Shown piece by piece: positions 53,059 to 64,000 of a DNA stretch of 64,000 bases. The notes below the pieces were generated by a model. It made no database searches. It was not told the DNA's origin and saw only the letters and a list, made by a program, of their open reading frames with translations. The translations under genes were made by a program, and so were the position numbers. The stretch is from contig CM074520.1 in NCBI GenBank assembly GCA_037379345.1, forward strand, positions 2,170,001 through 2,234,000. The letters run 5' to 3'. The DNA comes from Perna viridis (Eukaryota). Numbering within the stretch: position 1 is the first letter of the stretch; the number at the start of each line of letters is the position of its first letter.

Positions 53059-53401
53059 GTCATCATACCAGTCATCAATGCGACGAAGTCATCATATCCG
53101 TAATCAGTGCGACGGAGTCATCATGCCGGTAATCGATGCGACGAAGTCATCATACCGGTAATCAGTGCGACGGAGTCGTCATACCGGTATTCAATGCGAC
53201 AAAGTCATCATGCCGGTAATCAGTGCGACGGAGTCGTCATACCGGTAATCGATGCGACGAAGTCATCATACCGGTAATCGATGCGACGAAGTCATCATAC
53301 CGGTAATCAATGCGACAAAGTCTTCATACCGGTAATCAGTGCGACGGAGTCGTCATACCGGTAATCAGTGCGACGGGGTCGTCATACCGGTAATCGATGC
53401 G
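53059..53401. repeat. Minisatellite, 29-bp unit x~12 (about 2.7 units in copy A, 50947-51023)
   Basis: gtc(a/g)tcataccggtaatc(ag/ga)tgcgacg(g/a)a repeated. Confidence 0.93.
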
Positions 53402-53845
53402 AATTCAACCTTTCTTTGCTCTGGCCTTAAGTTTGTAGAAGCACTGAGGGCTTGTTTCAGTCTGACAGGAAGTTAACCTGATATAGTAAATTTTTTTGTT
53501 AGTAAGGATATTTAATACTAGTTTCGCATCTTTAACAAAAACAAATGCTTTATCTGTTCATAGGTCACATTTTAAAGATTTGTTAAATTATGAAGTAAAA
53601 TACACCCTTTAGTTAATGTAAAACTGTATAAGGTGTAATTACTTATCAAAATATCAGTGTATTCAACTTCCCCTCTTACAGTTACAAGTGCCTCATAAGC
53701 TTTTAACTTTAACATTTTTGTGAAGAAAGATGAAGTATGAACTTGGCTTGACCATCATCGACAAAAGGTTAAGATCTTGACAAAATCAAATTACGAAAAG
53801 ATCGAGCCATTGTTGAAGTATGAGCCACCAGATGTGGTAACTACG

Positions 53846-54072
53846 TCTAGTCTGGCATCCTGCCCTAGCTCATCGTGCCACGTCTAGTCTGGCATCTTGC
53901 CCCAGCTCATCGTGCAACTTCTATAGTCTGGCATCCTGCACCAGCTCATCGTACCACGTCTACCCTGGCATCCTGCTGCAGCTCATCGTACCACGTCTAG
54001 CCTGGAATCCTGCCCCAGCTCGTCGTACCACGTCTAGCCTGGCATCCTGCCCAGCTCATCGTACCACGTCTA
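53846..54072. repeat. GC-rich minisatellite, ~37-bp unit x6 (copy B)
   Basis: Same unit and same order of variants as 51470-51693. Confidence 0.92.
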
Positions 54073-55062
54073 CTGCCGATTGATCAGGAGCCAGAACCCC
54101 AAGCAAATTAACTTCGACGCGCTATATTCATTTCATAATGACGCTCAACAATATAGTTATTGTATACCTTTTGGAAGGAAATTTTGTTTTCATCATGTCT
54201 TTTTTAAGCTTATCAAGCCAGAATAGAGGAAATGTATCTCGAATTGGTAAAATGTTTTTTTCTTGGCTAGTCTTCATACTCCGAGCTAAACGTGCGAATT
54301 TAATGGAGAAGTTGATATAGTGGGAAACAGGATTTTTGGATGTATAAAATCTTTAATTTCTACAACTTTATACACAACTGTCGCTCACTACACTTTAGAC
54401 AGAAGCAAAATAAGAATTGCAAAAATCAAAATCGTTGTCTTCCTTCAACCAGTGCAATAGCGAATTAGCACTCTGATCAGTGATAAAAAATAGTTGTATT
54501 AATATATAATGTCCGTCGGTCAACATATGTTGAACTGCATCAGATCTATAAATTCAAGAAGGTCGGCTGTCAGTTTATTAAATATTGGTTTGTAAATTAT
54601 AAGCAAGTTTTGGTGGTACAAGAGGAAAACAAATTTTGGAAATATTTTTTTCACAATTTGTTTTGTATAATGCAGGCTGAATACTATAAGATAACGTGTT
54701 CATTTTTTCTCTAAAAACTCAGTCTCAGTCAGTAAATTCCAAGTCCAGTATTGACTACATAAGGTATGCATAGTATTACTAATTTCCTTATTCATTACGA
54801 TAATCTGTTTGAGAGCTTCAGAAGTGGACCAAATTCTATCAGATCTCTTAGTAATACCCTCAAGTGACAATGCCATTACTTATTCTATGTTGTTGTACTA
54901 AGCCAATTTAAACAACAAAAGATTTGGATTAAAAAATCATTAATTCATAATCCAATGACTTTTTCAGTTGTATTAATTCGTTAATACGTCTATAAAAGTT
55001 AACGTGTGAAAGTCCTTCAGATTATGTACTATGCGTAAAATATATTGTTGTGGTCTATACAC

Positions 55063-55250
55063 ATGCTAAATCCGCCGTGGTCGGTCCCAACAGAAATGGG
55101 GAAGGTTGTGCACAGAGCCAGCACCCCGTCACGTAAAAAATTCTATCTTTGGAAACCACATCATCATTTTTTCACCAAATAACTTACATAGTTGGCACTC
55201 AAGGAACTTGAAGATGGTATGACTGTTACTAGTAAAATTTAGTGAATACA
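55063..55250 (+). mobile_element. Decayed 5' end of an RTE-clade LINE with a twister-ribozyme-like motif
   Basis: CTAAATCCGCCGTGGTCGGTCCCAA-CAGAAATGGGGAAGGTTG followed by GCCAGCACCCCGTCACGTAAAAA resembles RTE 5' ends carrying type-P1 twister (TAA..GCC..GCCGGTCCCAAGCCCGG..GGAGGG). The GCCCG segment is missing here. Confidence 0.55.
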
Positions 55251-56139
55251 CATCATCTTTATTTGTTTGTTTGTTATTTAATTTATAAATTTTCATATAA
55301 ATGAATTAAAGATATAACAATGTTTTTTTAACTGAATGTATTAATTATCATGTATTTCAGCGGCGAATCCGGGGAGTTCAGTGGCTTTTTATAAAATCTC
55401 TCGATGTTTGTCTGTACTTTATATTCTAATTGTAATATTTATTATTTTTCGTCTTGAAAAATAGCGTAGACATCTTTCCCCGCGAATTAAAAAAAATCCT
55501 CATAAATGTAAATCGCCCCTATATATAGTTCTTAACAGTATAAATGCATCAGCGGCATAAAATTATATAGAGAAATGGCAATTTAGTGTAGTGTCAATGA
55601 GATTGGAAAATGACTAAAAAGTGAAGACCACTTATAACATTTACAAGCAATGGGATTTTAAAGATTCTTTTCATTTGTTTGTAGACTCAATCTGTGAAAA
55701 TATGTTAAATGAAAAAAAAATATGACAATACAGGAATTCCTTTCCCTTTTCGGCTATAGCTCCCCTAGGGGCAAACATTTTATTAGCTGACATTTTTCAT
55801 CCCTGTTGGGTTGTTGTCCCTTTGACATATTCATCGTATCCATTCTCATTATATTCGACACTCTAAAGAGTATCTACTTGCACGTAGTTCATGACAACTT
55901 CAAATCTACAACTATTAGCTGGTACCGATGGTTCCACCTATCAGAAGACGACGTTTTTTAATAAGGCAGATAAAGGCTCCTTCCTATGACACATCGGAAA
56001 ATAAAATAAAAAGGCAAGTATCTTAATTAAAGAAATTATTTAGACCATATTTACTTTTCAATGAAGAATATACGAAGCTAGCTTAATGTGTATTATAGTT
56101 ATTTTATCATTCGGAAACATTCGGTCATTTCGGCTGCAC

Positions 56140-56720
56140 TAAAATTTAACCCAGAAATCCCGTGAAGTTTCGCCTGATGTAACTTCCTGTCAGACCAAAA
56201 TTAGGCGCTTAATAAAGTGTTTCAAATCAGCATTGATGACCGTTTTGGGGAGTTGGTCTTCTCTTATTAGTAACTCTCTAGTAGTTCTCTTATTTTGCAC
56301 TAAAGATTTGAGATGGCCATTACTTACTATGTATTCCAAAGTTTGTTTTGATTTTAGTTCACTTTCATTTTTGCCGTCTCCTCCAAACTTCACTCTGCTA
56401 TTACGTTTATTGTTTCTGCTTATTTAAATTTTCTGTCCTTATTTATTTACAGATAAAAAAAGACGTGACCATTTAGGTTACTTTGAAGAAGGTATTTTAG
56501 TATCAATTTTTTAACGATACATTATGACAACGCAGTGAAGTGCCTCAAAATAAGTCTACGATGGAAAGACAAGCACGAAATGTCAAAGGAAACATCTATA
56601 GCTAATGATATTGACTCGAGTTCCATTACTTCAGCAAAACTTCTTTCTGCGTCTGATAGTTGACGAGACCGGAAATGACATTTGAAGTGAGTTTCCATTG
56701 ATTCCGAATTAAGCAAGTTA
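56140..56720 (-). mobile_element. Possible decayed Crypton/DUF3504-associated coding fragment
   Basis: The minus frame ..LKSLVQNKRTTRELLIREDQLPKTVINADLKHFIKRLILV*QEVTSGETSRDFWVKF loosely resembles the region upstream of DUF3504 in Crypton-derived proteins. No catalytic motif seen. Confidence 0.28.
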
Positions 56721-58574
56721 TAGAAAACCGGTATTCATCGAAAAAAAAAAAAAAACATTAAGAAAACTGGCAGCAAGCAAACAAACATGACCCACTGCTA
56801 CATAACAGTGTTTAGGACAACATTAGTCGTAGCAGGCCATTCATCGTCGTTCATTGAAGACCAAAGGGTGGCCTTGAGCTCACAATTTTCATCCTAGTCC
56901 GGTTGGTATCTTTTGACATACTCACAATATATCCACTCTCCACAGTGTTATCATGGTCAGTAATCCAGCGTTGAGTACTCTAGCTATTACGATTACTACC
57001 GTGTATTTTAGAGCATTATGTTAGGGAAATAAAATGAATTGGAAAAGCTATAGTCATGTAAATATACTTACTGTTTGACGTCGAAGAGTCGTCGTACAAG
57101 AAGTCAGATGCGGGGTAATGTTTAATATCTAATGACTACAGATTTTTATTTCGTTAGAATTTTAACACAGTTGGTTTTTCTATAGCATATGATATGCGTT
57201 AACTATTTAAGCATCATGTTATGTAACTGTATATGGTGTATTAATTTTGTTCTATTTTACAAAGTCATCCATGTTCTAAATTGCATGCGTAGATTGAACT
57301 GTCATGGGGCCAGTCAGGGGAAAAAAGTTTGGATTGCCTTTATGGTACTAAAATGTCAATTCCGGTTCCAGTTAAAGACACGAGCATTTGAAGTACTGAT
57401 AAGTCTGGAAGTAAATTCGAATGTTACACATCCTAAATAGTACATCAACTTGCAAATGACAACGAAATGAACTGCTGAGAGTCAGCATTACACGGTACTC
57501 AAACTGAATATATCGCATAACGGCAAAAACAAAAAAAAAACAAAAACAAAAAAAAACAAGACTTTATATCATGTGAACTATGGAGTAGGTCTTTTACAGC
57601 ACTAAGTAATTGTACTTTGACTTTATATGCTCCTGCCAACATCCAGACTTGCTTAAAAATGAACTGTGCGATTAAAATGTGATGCAATAACTTTAGAAAG
57701 GTACGGCATAAAATGTATTCGGCATGTAACATTTGGCTACTTGGAATAACGTCTAAGTACTCGAGGCAACTTAGTTTTTATTAATCAACGAGCTCAAAGC
57801 ACAAATGTATGTGCGAATCCTGTATCTAATGTTCTTTTTTGGTGTCTTTATTTCTAAAACCTGTCCCCTTAAGTTACCTCACAAAAGTAAGTAATTTATG
57901 AGCTATCATATTACATAATTATCAATGAAATATCCACTTCAACAGCATGTGTATTCAACCAGATAAAACAGTTTATGCTCCCCGTATTGACTGCGCTGCG
58001 CATCAGTATCGTATACAGTGAATAGACAATAAGTTTGCGTGAGCGTGGCGCGTGAGAATTGTCCATCTACTTCAGAAATGGAAATTTAATTTTGATTTAT
58101 TTTAGTCGATTACATTTCTTTAAAAACATCAGCTAAAATGTTTCTTCAACAACATGTACGTTCATTCTCAGGTGGACTGTGGTTGGTTATGGCGTGTTGG
58201 TACTTAGATTTACCAGTCAGTATATCACATGATCGGAATTAATTACAGTTCGTGGTTTAACATCTGTAGAACTTCACTTATATTTCATTTTGTCATCTTC
58301 TAAACGCTTATACCAGCCTTGCATAGGTATAGATTTCTTATAAAAAGTTCATGACAGTCGTGTATCTATTTCTATCCCTTACAATTGTTCAAATGATTAT
58401 TGTGTTGGACCTTAAATTTTTCAGATGGTGATAAAATATAGAAATTCATGTCGAATGTGTTGTGTTATTGTCACATAAGAATTACTATTTATAGCATATT
58501 ACACAGTGCAATGAAAGTATGCACACCATTTAACTTCTCTCGATAACAGATGCGGAAAGTCGAAATAGCCGGAA

Positions 58575-58795
58575 ACTGCATGTAACGCTTACCCTACCAT
58601 ATACACCTGATCCATGCTCTTAGCTTCTAGTTGAGCTGGATTTGCCCATTTACATTTGTTTCTCTGCACGTGTTATTTTGGTTTTCTTTTCTTCATGTTC
58701 TTTGTTGTGTTTGTATAATTACTCTGCCTAGTTGTTAACCTAAGATTATATTCTTTTGATTATATCAGTCAAACCTTGGTTCCTTGATTTCCTTT
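58575..58795 (+). mobile_element. Older, diverged 3'-end copy of the Naiad family
   Basis: acgcttaccctacc..cacctg(a/g)tccatgctc..atgttctttgttgtgt..attcttttg..aaccttggttc is colinear with 11065-11265. Confidence 0.75.
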
Positions 58796-60110
58796 CCAAG
58801 TTTAAATGCCAAAAAAATTACAACAACCAATGATTTAATCGGAGTGAAAAACAAGCAGGGCGATTAATAACACAACTGCATCGATAAAGGGTAGTAACAA
58901 AATTACTGAACTGATAGGCAAGAGTCAAAACGAATAGTCGAAAGAAAGTTCATATACCAAATGCGATACGAAGGAAAAACAGGAAAGTTAGAAACAACCG
59001 CATGTATTACCGAGTGAAGTGATGGATTGACCCAGTTTTATAGCGCTATATTACCATACGACATACAAAGAGTATTGCATTATCCAGCAAAATGAATGAG
59101 AAATGAATGAACTGTTCCCATAGTCGGTGGAAATATTTCCGAAGAAAATAAGTTGGATGTCGAGCAGGACGTCTTATACTTCATATTGTTCACATCTTTA
59201 CACTGTAGCCAGCCAAAATTATGTTACAAAGTTTGATTGAAAGGGCAGCATGCATATCAACATGCTGTAAAAAAATGAAAATTGGAATAAGACGTATGTC
59301 AAACCTTGGGAGAACAAGCGTTGAATAGATATGCTGTTATTGTCCTGCTTTTTCCAAATAGAAATACAGTTTTTTTCATATCTTCAAAAAATCAATCAAT
59401 CTCTGTGAGTAATTGTTTCCTAATGTTGTATTTTCATTTTGGATAGTTTTTTGTTCGTATAACGGTATATTTGACGTTTCCTGAAATGCGGGTCTGCTCC
59501 GACTTCCGGATAAAAATTAGTTAACTTTTGTCTCTTTTCCTGTCAGTTGCAGTGTTTATTTTTATTTTTTTATCTATTTATTTATTTATTTTTTTTTTTT
59601 CTTCTATATTTTTGTTTGTGTTAAAAGAACTTAAAATTGTGTATTATCAAGTCCCTTTTTCCCAAAATGCAGAAAGATACAAATTAATTACTTCCATCAA
59701 TGTTTGTAATACTATGTTAAAGTGTTACTATGGTACTGCACAATCAGACTGCATGATGTCTTTTAAGTTCTGATATAATTTACGTCGCAGGTGCATTTCT
59801 TCATCCGCACAAAGAAAATGTACTTGAGTTCCGGAATATCGAGATTATTTTGCGGATGGCGTGTACATGAAGTGTGCGTTATGATCTTCACAATTTTGTC
59901 TCATGTGTACAGGTACAACTTGTGATCCTGAACAGTATTATGTGGGTGTCAATTTTATTTTTTTTTTGTTTTGTTTTGTGGCTTTCCAATAATAGACTCT
60001 TGATCGATGGTACGTTTCAACTGTTCAGCGTTGCCATATTTTTTATTGCGCTTTGTCCGCGATTTTTACTCTTTCTACAGTTGAGATTAGTTAATTGGGT
60101 AAACAGAGTA

Positions 60111-60248
60111 GACGATGATCGGTATAATGAAGGGTAATTTGAATGTGATCAAGTTTTAAGGTGATCGGTTTAATGAAGGGTCATTTGAATGTGGTCGTTT
60201 GACGGTGATAGGTATAATGAAGGGTGATTTGAATGTATTCAGGTTTTA
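60111..60248. repeat. Minisatellite, ~45-bp unit x3
   Basis: tgat(c/a)ggt(a/t)taatgaagggt..tttgaatgt at ~60116, ~60162 and ~60206. Confidence 0.85.
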
Positions 60249-63200
60249 CATTTTGTTATTTAAACAAGTATAGGTGTTTCTGTCTGTGTTACACATCCAT
60301 ACAACCATTTAAAGTTTGTCTTTTTAAACTTAACTTATTCATATCATTAGTTTTCAACGACTAAGTTTAAATGAAACCCAATTAATTTCGAAGTCTCATC
60401 TCCATATTTTATCTCAAAACTGAACAGCATTTACTTCTCATACCTTCAAGTTACAATTACATTTTGCTATGATTTTTTGTCAACCTTATATTGAATGCCC
60501 CAACAGTGGATTTCCTAGACATGGGACTTTAAATTACTTGTGAGCATTTTCTCGTAAGTTAATACACAGGGCCTTATATAGAAATTAAGGATGCAAAGAC
60601 TTTAAAAACGTAATAAAGTTTTAATACTTAATAATAAATTATAACAATAAAAATAAGAGTATTGCACAGACTTGGAGTACGAATCTTGGATCCTTAGGCG
60701 AGTCATCTGAAACGAGAAAAAGCAGTTTAAGAGATTTAATTCCACTGTGTATTTATTTCAAATCAATGCAGTTACTTATTGATTTCACCATTAACTGCAC
60801 ATTTACGATTCAACCTAAGGGTAATGAAAGCTTTGTATCTCTACTAAATTGTGCGAGATCATTTTCTGTACTAATTACTTAAGCATTTTATTGTCATGAC
60901 AACACAGGACCTTTCAGCATTTCCTTTACTTTTTATTGTGGAAGTGTTATTTTAAAATGTTCTTTTTTACTTAAAATTGTTTAGATCTGATAGCTGGCCA
61001 ATTAAGTAAATTTGCTGCTATTAACTTAAATTATTTTTACACGAAAACAGTGAACAATGTTTAAATTACAACACCATTTAGATGTAACATAACGCTCAAA
61101 TTAACTTTTTGGAAAATTTCATTGGGCTGACAAAACGGATAGTTTCGATTTTTAGTTTTCAATACTCCTGTCATCATAAGGATATCTGACTGTTTTTTTA
61201 TCAAGTGTAGACTACTCTTTCTTCAGAAGTTAAACAGCAAATAGTCACCGGTGCATCTGATATCATTCGTAACGAATTTCAACGGAATTTTTTGAAGTTT
61301 TATGTCCCATGAGTAGAAAATGACCGACATGGCACGGTACAACCTTCAAATCAATATCAGGCTTTTTGCAATTTTGTTTCACACAGATGTGACAGGTCTC
61401 AAAAGCAATCTGGTTCCCAATATCATTATGGTAAAAGGAACCAGACAAGCGGAAGTAATGTTTTAGAGATTGTCTCATTATCGTCATTTGTTGCTATTTA
61501 ATGAATGTCTTTAATCGAATCGGAAGTCAAGCATATTAACAATAAATCATTATCATGATGCATCATAGGACTTAAAAAGACATTTGAACAAAAATTGTAC
61601 AAATGAAAGGTCCTTGTATTCCAGATACAGATCTTTAATTTTATCATGAGCTGTCCAGAGTCTTACTACAACTTACCGGAATAAAATCTGAGTTAACAAC
61701 TTTGGTCTTTCTTTTCACTTGTACAACTCTGTAAAACGAAAGTGTTTCCATGAACAAACAGCATGGAATATCAAGATAAATTATATTCGGTTCTTGAAAC
61801 AAAAAACCTTCGTTGATACCAATACTTCATCTACATGTTAACAAAAAATACAAAGTCTCTTTTTTAAGATATGATTTGGGAAATTTGTGTTACGATTGTT
61901 AGTGTCTTTCGTTGTTTTATATATAATCCGTTTTGTTTGGAAAGAGTTCATGTTTCCTAAAGTTTTATCACTAAGCTTCTTAGTCAAAGTCAGTTCCTTT
62001 TTTTCTCTTGGTTTTCACTGTGTGTATATTCCTAATGAAATAAGTTTTAATTAACTTCTAAATCAGTGTTGCTATAAACGGAAACTTATAAAAAGATATT
62101 TTAACAGAGTAAATATGACAATATTGTATCTAAAATTACACTTTGCGTTTAATAAAACAGCAGTATCCTTTGATAATGATAACTATAAATATACAAACCC
62201 ATAAATGCATAAAGTAGCTCGGCTTTCTTAAGATTCGTCATGCGTAGATCCACCGCTTATATCATTCTTTATGGACTTAATAAGTTCTTATTGATAAAGT
62301 TCAGTTATGAAGAAAAACAGAAATCAAAACATATGAATGTCTTTAAAAATCATCATTCACCAACTTCTTTCCTATTCTTTTCGCGGGACTCTGAATCTGA
62401 AATGAGAAAATACACAAAAGGTAACCAAATATTAAACCGCTTGCGTTCGAATTTAATGTGAGTTTGGAAACGGTTTTTGAACTCATTTGATCTGCATGAA
62501 GAAAATTAACTGAAGTCTTTTGATGCTTCTTTCATATCAATAGCCCCTTGATAAAGTTCAAACGAACACGTCTTCATATTAAATTGATATTAAATCATGT
62601 CAACTGTATTTTAAAGAATCAACTGGTGACGTTAATAGTAAAATGAAAAATGACTTTCCTTAAAGCAGTAAAAGTCGAATTTAGGGTGGGCGAAAATGGC
62701 TGAAAATCAATATCTGTAATAGAATCTTTGCTCGTAAATTACACTGATTTGTAAAACTGTGTTGTACATGGCGATTTCAACTCCGACCCTGACCAATCCA
62801 CGTGTTCACGAGATTTTACGATCTGATAGAACATGGTATTTATTGTACCGTTTTAGTTTCGTTTCTTTTATGAATGAGAAACCGTGATCTTGATCAATTA
62901 ATCACATTCAAAATCAAGTTAAAGATTCTTCATTTTGATAAAACGTCCATAAGAAATGGATAAAATGCAATATAATGGAATCGGGGAAGGGATGGACTCA
63001 TTTTTCCGTGTTCTATCTCACCATTAAACGGAAATTTAGTACTATAACCATCGATTTAGCGATAAAAAAAGATCATCATCATTGTATGCCATCCCATTAA
63101 AACTTTCTTTTCACGTGTGAATAGAAAGATATTATTTTTTTTGGAAAGATCAGCCTCTGTCTAGGGTAATCAATTAGGAAAATGAATATCGTAAAATTTC

Positions 63201-64000
63201 TTACAAAATTATCTACGGACTTTCTAAAAATAAGGGTATCGGTAATCGATAGTCAATTAACTAAACATAACGATTATGAAAATTCTCCAATAACTTTACT
63301 CTGATAAAGGACCACAATGTTTAAGCAATTTTCAAAGTAAATCAGGGATATGAAAATGATTTCAATGGCGGATCCACGTTTTAAAAAAGATAGGGATGAT
63401 TAGGAGGAGCATAAAATAAAAATTGGTTACTCGTTTTTTTTTTTTTTATTATTTTTGTGTGGGATGTTTTTACTTTGGTTCTTAAAAAAACTGTTTTCGC
63501 TGAACATGCAGATCTCAAAATATTTCATTACTTTATTTTCTGTTCAAAAAGCAGGAAAATCCCTCTCTATGTACCTTATTTCAGTTACTAACATTTTAAT
63601 TAAACAATCGTTAAAGAACGATGAGGAAGGAAAATCGCTGGCTTTCATGCATCACATCGTTTGGTTGGTGTAGGGATCATATTTTAGTTCGAGAGTATCA
63701 GTGCATCTAAATAGATTCACATAGAGACGGCAATGTATAACCAAGCCGCTATATTACGTTTTGCATCAAATATACTAATTTAAATCTAAAGACTCAATCA
63801 AACTGTCAATGGTTTAGTCAATACCTTATCAATGACCTATTCAATAAAGTTTGATTCTGTGAAAAACTATCATTTTTCATCAAATAACTTGATACTAGTG
63901 ATGTAATTTATATAGTATCTAATGAATTGTTATTGTATGTGGACGGTTCGTTATTTCATTTGTTTGTTTAAGTGCTATTTGGGTCGTTAGCTATGACAAT

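Larger units (their letters stand above)
50831..54703. repeat. Head-to-tail tandem duplication: copy A 50831-52328, copy B 52330-54703
   Basis: Both copies start atattgcttgtctgtaggatg and end ataagataacgtgttcat, and are near-identical (see paired ORFs at 51760 and 54138). Copy A lacks about 876 bp present in B (~52445-53325). Confidence 0.95.

Noticed and set aside
53059-53401. CRISPR-like look of the 29-bp and 37-bp arrays
   Set aside because: Units are directly adjacent with no unique spacers, there are no cas genes, and the context is eukaryotic.
51760-54320. Duplicated 60-61 aa ORFs MTLNNIV..
   Set aside because: They recur only because of the tandem duplication. No domain or splice support.
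61263-61487. Cys/His-containing 74-aa ORF as a zinc finger
   Set aside because: The spacing fits no PHD, RING or THAP pattern I can name, and there is no exon support.

Overview
AT-rich animal genomic DNA, not prokaryotic. The repeat families and gene style suggest a bivalve mollusc, possibly a mytilid (inference). The only intact protein-coding gene I can support is a minus-strand delta-1-like protocadherin. One large exon encodes the signal peptide, 7 cadherin repeats, the TM helix and the start of the tail (ATG at 27508). Three small exons (17132-16974, 16686-16566, 16339-16005) splice in frame to give about 1085 aa, with RVxF, WIRS, CM1-like and terminal motifs. Its first coding intron holds a 31-nt candidate microexon with a downstream TGCATG and a frame-compatible alternative last exon. 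Its 3' UTR holds a ~200-nt rod-like fold whose G-U pairs favour the mRNA strand. The window starts with a frameshifted last exon of a VMO1-like gene. The rest is non-coding and carries: a 5'-truncated RTE LINE with TSD, a decayed Naiad (Penelope-like) element and two short 3'-end copies, a CR1/L2 fragment, a TSD-flanked non-autonomous retroelement with a pseudoknotted 5' head, a decayed twister-like RTE 5' end, HINE/MITE-like elements, minisatellites and a ~3.9-kb head-to-tail duplication. All calls were read by eye; no database searches were run.
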